53,469 nt of DNA from an uncultured Bacteroidales bacterium (GTDB taxonomy: Bacteria; Bacteroidota; Bacteroidia; Bacteroidales; JAIORY01). The stretch is from assembly GCA_964404485.1 (NCBI GenBank), contig CAYOKJ010000004.1, forward strand, positions 1 through 53,469, read 5' to 3'. Made by a program: the position numbers and the translations under genes. Below, in pieces: positions 37,547 through 46,826 of the stretch. Below the pieces are notes generated by a model. That model was not told the origin of the DNA. It made no database searches and was given only the letters and a program-made list of their open reading frames with translations. Position 1 is the first letter of the stretch. Every line of letters starts with the position of its first letter.

Positions 37547-37640
37547 AAATATCTATAGGATGAATTTTCTATTAATTGATACACAAATTAAGTAGTTGAT
37601 GATATTTAAAAATTAGTCAACTGATGGGTTTTTAATAAGC

Positions 37641-37835
37641 TTAGGATTTATTTTCACAGGAAGAACCACCGTCACCTGCACCACAAGAACATCCAATTTG
37701 TTTTCCGGTTTTAGGATTAACTGTACTACATTTTTTTTCAAATTTACCATTTTTTTTGAAAAACATTTTTATTCCAATTGCTGCAAAAGCAATCGCAATT
37801 AATACCAAGGTGATAAGCATTATTTTAAGAAACAT
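37641..37835 (-). CDS. Small single-TM protein with four C-terminal cysteines
   Basis: 64 aa; N-terminal TM; Cys36/49/51/60; TAnnTTTG box at 37867-37874 (minus strand) just upstream. Confidence 0.75.
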   Translation of the reverse strand: MFLKIMLITLVLIAIAFAAIGIKMFFKKNGKFEKKCSTVNPKTGKQIGCSCGAGDGGSSCENKS

Positions 37836-38143
37836 AATTCAATAATTTTTCAATAAAAACTAAATGCAAAAATATAAAATTTTCGCAATTAATCATATAC
37901 ACATTTTATTATATTTTGCTGTACTAGAAACAAAGCAATGCAAAAATACAAGTTGAGATAATAATTGTTATTTAAGATTTTTATGATATTCCTGTTTGAG
38001 TTTTTTGTGATGATATTTATCGTCTTTATCCAATAGTATTTTTTAATAAAAGATCGCAATGATGATTGTTTGTTTTCAACATTATAGACTAGTTATGCTT
38101 GCAGTTATGTAAAAAGTTCTAGTTTCTATTTTTTTTATTTGTG

Positions 38144-38361
38144 AATCTCCTACAGAGATTTTGATTTTCTATGATTTAATTTTCTACAATAATAAATCCC
38201 CTACGGGGAAATCTTGTGTTTGTAGATATTAAGAATTATTTGTAATAAGTGTTTAAAATCAATGATTTAATGAGAATATTGTATTTCAAAAATTGTTTTG
38301 TCTGTAGGACAAAATATTATTGTAGAAAAAGAATGCAACACTAGAAATACCGCGTAGCGGT
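38144..38361. repeat. REP/REPIN-like element: two inverted units, each with two GTAG-loop hairpins
   Basis: Hairpins 38144-38160, 38197-38209, 38296-38314 and 38349-38361, each with GTAG at the loop (minus strand for the first two); 15-bp inverted repeat 38180-38194 / 38315-38329. Confidence 0.75.
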
Positions 38362-38518
38362 TTCATCATTAGATTTGAATTTGTTAAACTGATAAAAAAA
38401 TTTCTTTGTCTATTGTTAAAACTATATTATTTCTTGAGGATAATTATTTTCAGTAAATCTTTGGCATTCAATAAATTCAATTTTTGTAAGCTTATTTGTA
38501 CTTTCAATCATCAGCTTA

Positions 38519-39283
38519 TTATCTAATTCTTCGAAATTCAGAGCAAACCAAAGCTGTAGCTATTGATGCATTTAAAGATTCTGCAGTTTGCTTTTGATTT
38601 GAAGAAAATGGAGGAATAAATATTCTATTAGTTATCAATTGTGCAATTTTATCAGAGATGCCATTAGATTCGTTACCGATAACAATTATTGCTTTACTAG
38701 GGAATTTGCTTTTGTAAAAGTTTTCACCTTCCAAGAAAGTGCCGTAAACAGGAAAATCTTCAGGGATTTCTTTTAAGAATTTTTCAAGATCAGTATAATG
38801 TACTTTTACTCTTGCAACCGAGCCCATTGTTGACTGAATAACTTTTGGATTATAAAGGTCGACAGTGTCGTTCGAACAAATAATATTTTTTATCCCAAAC
38901 CAATCAGCGGTACGTATTATGGTCCCCATATTTCCCGGGTCACGGATTTTATCAAGAACCAAAATCAAATCCTCATAAATTTCGTTTGTGTTAATGGTGC
39001 TTTTTTGCATTTTAACGATGGCAAGAACTTCATTTGGTGTTGTTAGTCCACTGATGCTTTTTAATTCTTTTTCGTTGATTTCAGTAATTTCAATGTTTAC
39101 TGGCAGATTACTTTCATTTTCTTCAATCCAGTTTGCGGTTGCATAAAGTGAAGATATCTCAAAGTTGCTATTTAAAATTTCATCAACAAGTTTTATTCCT
39201 TCCACAATAAATTCATTATGTGTTTTTCTGAATTTATTTGATTTTAATGAATTTATATGTTTAATCTGATTTTTTGTTATCAT
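38519..39283 (-). CDS. TrmH/SpoU family RNA 2'-O-methyltransferase
   Basis: FIVEGIKL, LDKIRDPGNMGTIIRTADWFG, IGNESNGI, AESLNASIA; TAnnTTTG box at 39310-39317. Confidence 0.93.
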   Translation of the reverse strand: MITKNQIKHINSLKSNKFRKTHNEFIVEGIKLVDEILNSNFEISSLYATANWIEENESNLPVNIEITEINEKELKSISGLTTPNEVLAIVKMQKSTINTNEIYEDLILVLDKIRDPGNMGTIIRTADWFGIKNIICSNDTVDLYNPKVIQSTMGSVARVKVHYTDLEKFLKEIPEDFPVYGTFLEGENFYKSKFPSKAIIVIGNESNGISDKIAQLITNRIFIPPFSSNQKQTAESLNASIATALVCSEFRRIR

Positions 39284-39436
39284 GAGAAATAATCTTGTTT
39301 TGTGTTTAGCAAAAATAAGTAATATTTGATTCTTTTTATTATAAATTTAAAATTGCTTGCTTGATTTTTAATCTAGGCTTTTTGACACTGTTTGCTTAGT
39401 CAAATCTAAAATTATCATTTGCAAAATCTATTTCAC

Positions 39437-39471
39437 AAAAAAAAGGCTCTGGAAACCAAAGCCTTTTTTTT
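39437..39471 (-). terminator. Intrinsic terminator after rplI
   Basis: aaggct-c-tgg / cca-a-agcctt stem flanked by A8 and T8 tracts, 21 bp past the rplI stop. Confidence 0.8.
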
Positions 39472-39492
39472 AAATCTAAATAGAATAATTTA

Positions 39493-39939
39493 TTATTCTC
39501 CAAAAACTTCAAATTTTACTTCAGCATGAATGTTTTTGTAAAGTTTAATTTTTGCTGTATAATCACCAAGTTCTTTTATAGAATCACCATCAACGTCAAT
39601 CATTTTTCTGTTGATTTCGAATTTTTCTTCTTTAAGAGCTTCAGCAATTTGAAGAGCATTTACAGAACCAAAGATTTTTCCAGAAGTACCTGATTTTGCA
39701 GCAATTCTAAGTTTAACAACTTCGAGAGCTTTCTTTAGATCTTCAGCTTCTTTTACAAATTTCTCTTCTTTGTGAGTTTTCTGTTTTATTTCTTCAGCAC
39801 GAATTTTTTTATTTGTTTCAGAAGCAATAATAGCCATTCCTTGGGGTACAAGAAAATTTCTACCGTATCCACCTTTTACGTTTACAAGGTCGTTTTTATA
39901 TCCTAAATTCGGAATATCTTGTTTTAATATAATTTCCAT
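39493..39939 (-). CDS. rplI: 50S ribosomal protein L9
   Basis: MEIILKQDIPNLG, VKGGYGRNFL, GKIFGSV. Confidence 0.98.
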   Translation of the reverse strand: MEIILKQDIPNLGYKNDLVNVKGGYGRNFLVPQGMAIIASETNKKIRAEEIKQKTHKEEKFVKEAEDLKKALEVVKLRIAAKSGTSGKIFGSVNALQIAEALKEEKFEINRKMIDVDGDSIKELGDYTAKIKLYKNIHAEVKFEVFGE

Positions 39940-39951
39940 CTTATTTCCTCC

Positions 39952-40221
39952 TTATTTTAAAAGATCTGCCACATAAGGCATTAGTGCTAAATGACGTGCT
40001 CTCTTAACTGCTTGAGCAACTTTTTTCTGATATTTTGTTGAAGTTCCCATAATACGACGAGGTAAAATTTTACCTTGTTCGTTTACAAATTTCAATAAAA
40101 AATTAGCGTCTTTGTAATCAATATATTTTATTCCGCTTTTTTTGAAGCGGCAATATTTTTTCTTTTTTGTATCAACCGCAATGGGCGTTAGATATTTAAT
40201 ATCTGAATTATTTTGTGCCAT
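39952..40221 (-). CDS. rpsR: 30S ribosomal protein S18
   Basis: [24 protein letters not shown]. Confidence 0.98.
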   Translation of the reverse strand: MAQNNSDIKYLTPIAVDTKKKKYCRFKKSGIKYIDYKDANFLLKFVNEQGKILPRRIMGTSTKYQKKVAQAVKRARHLALMPYVADLLK

Positions 40222-40245
40222 TTTAAAAATTTTAAATTTAAAAAT

Positions 40246-40605
40246 TTAGTTTTCTTCTGTTTTTTGCTCTTTAGCTTCTTTAGCTAATCTGCGTTTCTTT
40301 TCATTGTAAGTAACTGCGTGTTTATCGAGCTTGACAGTGAGAAAGCGAAGTAATCTCTCATCTCTTTTAAACTCGGTTTCGAGTTTTGAGATAAACTGAC
40401 CATCCACCTTAAATTCAATCAGATAATAAAAGCCAGTTGACTTTTTTTGGATTGGATACGCTAATTTGCGTATGCCCCAATTTTCTTCATGAACTATCTC
40501 GGCATTGTTGTCTTTCAGATAATTCTGATACTTTTGTACCGCTTCCTTCATCTGACTTGCAGATAAAACGGGAGTTACAATGAAAACGGTTTCGTACTGA
40601 TTCAT
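40246..40605 (-). CDS. rpsF: 30S ribosomal protein S6
   Basis: [30 protein letters not shown]. Confidence 0.98.
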   Translation of the reverse strand: MNQYETVFIVTPVLSASQMKEAVQKYQNYLKDNNAEIVHEENWGIRKLAYPIQKKSTGFYYLIEFKVDGQFISKLETEFKRDERLLRFLTVKLDKHAVTYNEKKRRLAKEAKEQKTEEN

Positions 40606-40669
40606 GTTTTTAATTGTTTGTTAATTAATTATTTAATTATTAGTAAAGTCCATCTTTTAAAATGGAGTG

Positions 40670-40677
40670 CAAAAGTA
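40670..40677 (-). promoter_or_regulatory. -7 element (TACTTTTG) of the rpsF-rpsR-rplI operon
   Basis: TACTTTTGCA 65 nt upstream of rpsF, immediately followed by a leader hairpin (40649-40666). Confidence 0.7.
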
Positions 40678-40707
40678 GGAAAAAATATTTAAAACAAAAA
40701 TATATTT

Positions 40708-41826
40708 TTAATTATTTTTAATTACAATTCCTGTTTCTTTATTAAAAAAATGCATATTACTTTTTTTCAGAAAAAGTTTTATCTGTTTACCAATTGAAAT
40801 TTCGATATCAGGTTTTAGTCGTGATACAATTTCATTATTGTTTAATTTTGTAAATACAAATTTTTCATGTCCAAGTTCTTCCACAAATTGAATTTTACAA
40901 TTAATGGCTGCATATTCATTTTCAGAAACATTTTCTTCTGTTTTCCAATAAATATTTTCTGAGCGAATACCCATTATAATGGTCTGATTTAAATAATCTT
41001 TCAGATGATGTTCCTGTGACAAATTAAATTGAAATGAATTTGAAGTATCCTTAAATATCAAATCGTCATTGTTTCTTACAACATTACCTTCAATAAAATT
41101 CATTGTCGGGGTACCGATAAAACCGGCAACAAATATGTTTTGAGGATTGTTATAAAGCTCATTTGGAGTATCTACTTGTTGAATTTTACCTTTATCCATC
41201 AAAACAATTCGCTCACCGAGAGTCATAGCTTCAACTTGATCGTGTGTAACATAAACAACGGTTGTTTGCAAGGTTTTGTGCAATTTGGCAATCTCAACTC
41301 TCATTTGCCCTCTAAGTTTTGCATCAAGATTACTCAGAGGCTCATCAAATAAAAATACTTGTGGATTTCGAGCAATTGCTCTGCCAATAGCAACTCTTTG
41401 ATTTTGGCCTCCGGATAATGATTTGGGCTTTCGGTCTAATAGGTTTTCAATTTTAAGAATTTTAGCGACAGCCATTACACGAGAATCAATAATTTTTTTA
41501 TTTATTTTTTTTATTTTTAAACCAAATGCAAGATTTTGATAAGCTGTCATGTGGGGGTACAAAGCATAGTTTTGAAAAACAATTGAAATATTTCTGTCTT
41601 TCGGTGGCAGGTCATTAACTAGTTTGTCGTCAATAAAAAGTTTGCCTTCGGTTATTTCCTCTAAACCGGCAATCATCCTCAAAGTGGTAGATTTTCCACA
41701 TCCCGAAGGACCAACAAGAACCAGAAATTCTTTATCTTTCACCTCAAGGTTAATACGGTCAACGACTCTTACTTTTTCCTTGCTTTTATATATTTTTGAA
41801 ACATTTTCAAATTTAATTCCTGCCAT
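40708..41826 (-). CDS. Carbohydrate ABC transporter ATP-binding protein (MalK/UgpC type)
   Basis: GPSGCGKSTT, VFQNYALYPHM, LSGGQ, LFDEPLSNLDAKLR, VTHDQVEAMTL, FVAGFIG. Confidence 0.95.
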   Translation of the reverse strand: MAGIKFENVSKIYKSKEKVRVVDRINLEVKDKEFLVLVGPSGCGKSTTLRMIAGLEEITEGKLFIDDKLVNDLPPKDRNISIVFQNYALYPHMTAYQNLAFGLKIKKINKKIIDSRVMAVAKILKIENLLDRKPKSLSGGQNQRVAIGRAIARNPQVFLFDEPLSNLDAKLRGQMRVEIAKLHKTLQTTVVYVTHDQVEAMTLGERIVLMDKGKIQQVDTPNELYNNPQNIFVAGFIGTPTMNFIEGNVVRNNDDLIFKDTSNSFQFNLSQEHHLKDYLNQTIIMGIRSENIYWKTEENVSENEYAAINCKIQFVEELGHEKFVFTKLNNNEIVSRLKPDIEISIGKQIKLFLKKSNMHFFNKETGIVIKNN

Positions 41827-41838
41827 AATTATTTTGAT

Positions 41839-42972
41839 TTAAATATTGAATTTTGATTTTGATATATGCGTTATTCTTGTACAAAGGTCTAATTCGCCCG
41901 AAGCCAAAATTAAATTATTGCCATTATCAACTACCCCTGTAGTAAAAACCACATTTTTAATGTAAATGTCATCTGATAAGTGTTCTGTTAATATTGGTTT
42001 TGAGGTCAGAACCGGGTTTTTTGTATCAAGAAATAGTATTTTCCATGGTTTATTTTTATCCAACAAAGCCCAATAAGTGCGATAAATTCCTATTTCTCCA
42101 TTTTTTTCAACACCATGAAATAGAACAAACCATCCTTTTGGAGTTAAAATTGGTTGTGCACCACCACCAAGTTTCAAGGAGAAAGATTTACCTTTCCCCG
42201 ACCGGATTAAAGGTTCGTCTAAAGGCTTCCAATGTAGTGCATCCGGCGATTCAGCAAGATTTATTGAAGGTCCCGGATTAAAATTGCTTTCCGGAGGAGT
42301 AGATAAATATGAAATGCCCAATGGTCGTGTTAAAGCATAAAACTTATTATTTATCAGTCCCTCAAATAAAATCATATCCTTGTTTTGATGGTCGAGAATA
42401 ATACCTTCTAAAAAGTAATCCAGTCCATTTTCGGACGAATACAGAGTAGTACTTTGCCTTTCAGAACTTACTGAACATGTTGTCATTAAATATTTCCCAT
42501 TAATTAATGATATTCTTGCATCTTCAATTCCATATTCTTGATAGCTTTTGCTTGGTGATATTATTTTATCGTAATGAATTTTAATTATTTCCTTTCCGTC
42601 AAAAGTAAGTTCAATAGGGAGTAACCACGAAATTGAAGTCAAGGCATCAACCATCATTGGAAAATATTTTTTAATAGAAAAACTTCTTGGGTCAGACATT
42701 TCAACATCATCAATATTGTATCCATCCAGAACATAAGCGTTTGAAGAATCCCACCTGATGCTGTGAACTTTATTATCATAAATAGGAGTTTTTAATGCTT
42801 CGGCAATTCTGACCATAATTAAAATGTTGTTATTTGGTAGCCTTGTCATACCCGGATTAAAAGCTCCTAAAACATAAGTAACTGAATTTAAATTTCTTCT
42901 TAGTGGCGAATATTTTAAATCAATATCACTGGGTTTTACAATTATTTTGTCAAATGGAAAATTATTTTGCAT
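41839..42972 (-). CDS. GH130-like glycoside phosphorylase/hydrolase
   Basis: GAFNPG, GIEDARI, NKDMILF, KLGGGAQP, LFHGV, VVFTTG; no signal peptide. Confidence 0.8.
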   Translation of the reverse strand: MQNNFPFDKIIVKPSDIDLKYSPLRRNLNSVTYVLGAFNPGMTRLPNNNILIMVRIAEALKTPIYDNKVHSIRWDSSNAYVLDGYNIDDVEMSDPRSFSIKKYFPMMVDALTSISWLLPIELTFDGKEIIKIHYDKIISPSKSYQEYGIEDARISLINGKYLMTTCSVSSERQSTTLYSSENGLDYFLEGIILDHQNKDMILFEGLINNKFYALTRPLGISYLSTPPESNFNPGPSINLAESPDALHWKPLDEPLIRSGKGKSFSLKLGGGAQPILTPKGWFVLFHGVEKNGEIGIYRTYWALLDKNKPWKILFLDTKNPVLTSKPILTEHLSDDIYIKNVVFTTGVVDNGNNLILASGELDLCTRITHISKSKFNI

Positions 42973-42982
42973 TTCAATTAGT

Positions 42983-44089
42983 TTAAATTTTATATAAAGC
43001 TACGCCTGTTAAAGGGTTTTGTGGGTATTTATTACACAACTCAGCTAAAATATCTTCGTGCGAAACCGCAAGATTCATAACTGTATCATTTCCTCCATAA
43101 TAGATAAAAATTGTTCCGTCATTTTTTCGAAAAGCACCACAAGAAAATACGACATTTGGTACATGTACATAATCATTATCATTGACAATACAATCAGCTT
43201 TTGACGGAAATAAAATTGGAATATTGGCAACCTTAACAATTTTAGGATTATTAACATTATGAAGAGCTACGCCCAGCACATAAGGGTTTCCATCCATTGT
43301 TTTTCTCACACCGTGAAATATATTTATCCATCCGTGTTTTGTTTTTATTGGTGGAGCACCTGGTCCTATTTTATCAGAAAATGAGCTCGGAATTCCGGAT
43401 TGTTTCATAATTGGATTTGTATCAATTTTCCAATTATGATTTTCAATTTTATTACAGAATCCAATTTTTATTTCCGAAAAGATGCCTCCTGTACTATCTT
43501 TAGAAACATCGTTTGGTCTAAAAAGAGCAACATAACTATCGTTAATTTTTTCAGGAAATATAACAACATTTCGCATATCAAAATCTGCAATAATGCCGTA
43601 TCTTATAATTTTTTCAAAATCTTTTGTAACAGCGAGTGAAATCCTAACTTTGTCTTTAATTTTAGCATTATATGCACTATATGTAATGAAATAAGAATCA
43701 TTGATTTTCGTAATTCTTGGGTCTTCAACACCTCCTGCTTCATTTTCCATTAAGTGCTCAATTTGGGATTTTTTTGAATGAGAATCATTTTCGGAACAAG
43801 GTTTAATATAAGGTTCAGATGAAATCTTCCAATTATCGATTCCATTACTACTTATTGCTTTGCCTATTACTGAAATTCCATTGCGTAAATGCGAACGAAA
43901 AAGCATTAATATATTTCCTGAAAATTCTGTAATTGCACTATTATGAACTGTTATTGTTTTGAGATTAGGTTCTTTCCAAACTTTGTTGACATCACGACAA
44001 GTAAGAATAGGATTGTTCTTATATCGAACAACAGGATTGTTCAAGTTTAGAGCATATTCATCATTATTAATATGTACAGTTCGAATCAT
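42983..44089 (-). CDS. GH130-like glycoside phosphorylase/hydrolase
   Basis: RYKNNPIL, VHNSA, GVEDPRI, RNVVIFPEKI, KIGPGAPP, IFHGV, NVVFSCG, YYGGND; no signal peptide. Confidence 0.88.
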   Translation of the reverse strand: MIRTVHINNDEYALNLNNPVVRYKNNPILTCRDVNKVWKEPNLKTITVHNSAITEFSGNILMLFRSHLRNGISVIGKAISSNGIDNWKISSEPYIKPCSENDSHSKKSQIEHLMENEAGGVEDPRITKINDSYFITYSAYNAKIKDKVRISLAVTKDFEKIIRYGIIADFDMRNVVIFPEKINDSYVALFRPNDVSKDSTGGIFSEIKIGFCNKIENHNWKIDTNPIMKQSGIPSSFSDKIGPGAPPIKTKHGWINIFHGVRKTMDGNPYVLGVALHNVNNPKIVKVANIPILFPSKADCIVNDNDYVHVPNVVFSCGAFRKNDGTIFIYYGGNDTVMNLAVSHEDILAELCNKYPQNPLTGVALYKI

Positions 44090-44092
44090 TTT

Positions 44093-45364
44093 CTACATAT
44101 AAGATTTTAGAGTTTTTACTGCAATTACTGAAGTTTCAATAGCCTGTAGGCTAAGCAAGGCTTCGATTGTTGATTCTGCACCTGAGTTGAAATTTACTTC
44201 ATTTGTAGAATTTATTCCATCAAAAACATGACCAGAATTAACATTATACATTATCGTATTCGCAACATTATTACCAAAAAACCAACTTCCAAGTTGACCT
44301 GCCAAAACTGCATACTTTTCTGATTTAGAAATATTGTAAGCTTCGATAGAAGCCAAAATCATAGGAGAAAAATTATACGCAATTTGAGGGAATTTTTTTT
44401 GATTATATGATTTGATTGAATCATTCTCCATTTTAACATAAAATTCATGAAAGAAACCTTGTTCACTACAATAGGAATAAAAATTATCTATTTCTTTAAA
44501 GCCATGATTTACAAATCTTTCGATTTTTAATTCGTTGCCTGCTTTTAATAGAGAGTAGGCTTGTGAATTTCCCCATGCATGCCAAACATTTCGCCAGCTT
44601 AAAAAAGCATTGTATGGAAACCTATCACCATCACCGATTTGTGCGGAAATCAATACATCTCCCAATTTGTGAATCATATTTTCGATTTTACTATCAGGAA
44701 AAATTTTATAATAATTTGTAAGCCCCAACAATATTACACTTATTTGGTCAGCACCATAATCTTTTACCCAATTTGGAATTTCTAATCCTTCAATTTCTAT
44801 TAATTCATAAGAATTTTTAAACAAAATTTCGATTTTTTGCTCAAGTGAATTAAGTTGAATTTTTGCTTTTTCCTGAATTATATTAAGTTCAACATCATCA
44901 ATCAAACATAATTCTGATAAAGCCCAAAATGCCCTCCACGACCAAAAATTTGGTACAGCTTCACTATTTTGATGCTTGGTATTTATTGTATTATCAGTAA
45001 GCAGAAAATTATAATAGTATCCATTTGGAGCTTGCATATATAAAACAAATTCAGATAGAGTCTTGATTTTTTTTAGAGTTTTTTTTAAAGGATTTGATTT
45101 GTATTGTACACAATAAAAAATCAATGCGCGTGCTACATCATCCACACAGGTATAACCTTCATCCTCATCAGAAACCAATTTATAATCCGGTGCATCACAA
45201 TAAATCCAAATTATTCCTAAAGTATTATTGTCAATTTCAATTTCTTGATAAAGATGTTCAAGATGCTTGGTGCAGATAATAGACTGGCAAGTATTATCAG
45301 GACTTTTTGAATTATTACAAGAAAATAATATCAAAATCAAAAATAACGAATAGAATTTATACAT
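44093..45364 (-). CDS. Uncharacterised (alpha/alpha)-barrel lipoprotein
   Basis: Lipobox LFSC; CVDDVARA, WSWRAFWAL, HAWGNSQ, WFFGNN, NFNSGAESTIEAL. Confidence 0.75.
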   Translation of the reverse strand: MYKFYSLFLILILFSCNNSKSPDNTCQSIICTKHLEHLYQEIEIDNNTLGIIWIYCDAPDYKLVSDEDEGYTCVDDVARALIFYCVQYKSNPLKKTLKKIKTLSEFVLYMQAPNGYYYNFLLTDNTINTKHQNSEAVPNFWSWRAFWALSELCLIDDVELNIIQEKAKIQLNSLEQKIEILFKNSYELIEIEGLEIPNWVKDYGADQISVILLGLTNYYKIFPDSKIENMIHKLGDVLISAQIGDGDRFPYNAFLSWRNVWHAWGNSQAYSLLKAGNELKIERFVNHGFKEIDNFYSYCSEQGFFHEFYVKMENDSIKSYNQKKFPQIAYNFSPMILASIEAYNISKSEKYAVLAGQLGSWFFGNNVANTIMYNVNSGHVFDGINSTNEVNFNSGAESTIEALLSLQAIETSVIAVKTLKSYM

Positions 45365-45367
45365 AAC

Positions 45368-46807
45368 TTACTTAATGTTTTTTTGTAATTCTTTTAATAA
45401 TAAATTCAAATCAACTGTTACAAAAGATGTCGCACTATCTGACATAGCATAAGGAATAAAAAGTTTATCACCATAATAAATTAATCCGCAAGTATAAACC
45501 ACATTAGGGACATAACCTTCACGTTCGCTACTATTGGGACTAATTAAGGGTTTGCTTAATGATGCTAAAACTTTTTCAGGATTATTAATATCAAGTAGAG
45601 TGGCACTAAGTACATATTTTCGTAAAGGACCTACTGCATGAGTAAGTAACAACCAACCAAGAAGAGTTTTAATTGGGCTTCCAGCATTACCCAATTGTAA
45701 CATTTCCCATTCACGTTCAGGCTTTTGAATGACTTTATAATCTTCCCAAAAATAAATATCATCCGAATACATTATTGAAATACAACTGCCTCCTTGCCTA
45801 CTTAACATTGCAAATTTTCCGTTAATTTTTTCAGGAAAAAGAGCCATACCTTTATCCATAGTTGCTTTTCCATACAAAGAGCGAATACTAAATGTATTGA
45901 AATCATTTGTATTAATTAAATGAACATGGATATCTTTGCCATTGTAAGCAGTATAAGTTCCAAAATATGATACTTCATTATCTTCAGAAAATTTTACGAA
46001 TCTCACATCCTCCATACCTTGTGATTCGGCTTTAGAGACAGGGAAAATTACCTTAGAATTTAAAGGAATATTTTTGTTAAAAGTGACTTCATAATTATTG
46101 TCAAAAATATCGCTTATTGCCTTTTCTGTTTCATATAATTTTAGAATTTTCTTTTGTTCAATTTCTGCAATTATACGCTGAACTTCTTTCATAGAAAACG
46201 CATCTGGCAAAAACTCAAAAACTTTTGTGTTAATTCGATTGTCATATTTTGCTCTTTTGCTGAGGAATGACTTATTGTAAATATTATCTTCAACTTTTTT
46301 TGCTGCCACAACTTTATCGAGTGTCTTATCCAAAAATATTTCTCCATTCTTAGAAATCAACCCTGTTCTAAATGTAATTGAAGAAATGTGACCTTCGCCC
46401 GTAGCTCTGAGACTCATAATAAATCGTATCATCTCATCATTAATATTATCTTGATTGGGATGAATAACTATTGATGGATTAAATAATGCGGCTGATTCTA
46501 TTGAATATTCTTTTGTAAAATATGAACCAATTAAAAGTTTTTGTGATAATGTAAGCTCTCTTGACAACTTTAGATTTTTTGATATTTTTTGATAATGGTC
46601 TAAAATAATATTCTTAAAATCATGATGCCTTTTTTCAAAATCCTTAAAGATATTGTTTAATATTTCTTCAATAGCGTTATTATTCAAAGAAGAAATCTTT
46701 GAAATAATATCATAAATTCTATCATTATAATTCAAATCCAAAAATAAAGGAAGAACTCTTTTTGGATTTGATTTTATCTTTATTTTTTTTCTTGTTATTT
46801 TAACCAT
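45368..46807 (-). CDS. Long-form GH130-related glycosidase
   Basis: EYSIESAALFNPS, SLRATGEGHISSI, GMEDVRFV, KGMALFPEKING, GNAGSP, EREGYVPNVVY. Confidence 0.85.
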   Translation of the reverse strand: MVKITRKKIKIKSNPKRVLPLFLDLNYNDRIYDIISKISSLNNNAIEEILNNIFKDFEKRHHDFKNIILDHYQKISKNLKLSRELTLSQKLLIGSYFTKEYSIESAALFNPSIVIHPNQDNINDEMIRFIMSLRATGEGHISSITFRTGLISKNGEIFLDKTLDKVVAAKKVEDNIYNKSFLSKRAKYDNRINTKVFEFLPDAFSMKEVQRIIAEIEQKKILKLYETEKAISDIFDNNYEVTFNKNIPLNSKVIFPVSKAESQGMEDVRFVKFSEDNEVSYFGTYTAYNGKDIHVHLINTNDFNTFSIRSLYGKATMDKGMALFPEKINGKFAMLSRQGGSCISIMYSDDIYFWEDYKVIQKPEREWEMLQLGNAGSPIKTLLGWLLLTHAVGPLRKYVLSATLLDINNPEKVLASLSKPLISPNSSEREGYVPNVVYTCGLIYYGDKLFIPYAMSDSATSFVTVDLNLLLKELQKNIK

Positions 46808-46826
46808 ATTTTCATAAGTATTTCAT

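Noticed and set aside
37960-38100. Minus-strand peptide DKYHHKKLKQEY faintly resembling an IS200 TnpA C-terminus next to the REP-like element
   Set aside because: No sustained open frame and no HUH or catalytic Tyr motif; the similarity is too weak to call a pseudogene
38144-38361. CRISPR array or tRNA interpretation of the hairpin cluster
   Set aside because: Units are inverted rather than direct, stems differ in sequence, there is no regular repeat-spacer period, no cas genes and no cloverleaf
39493-40605. rpsF-rpsR-rplI without ssb/priB
   Set aside because: This is the normal arrangement in Bacteroidota; useful for taxonomy only
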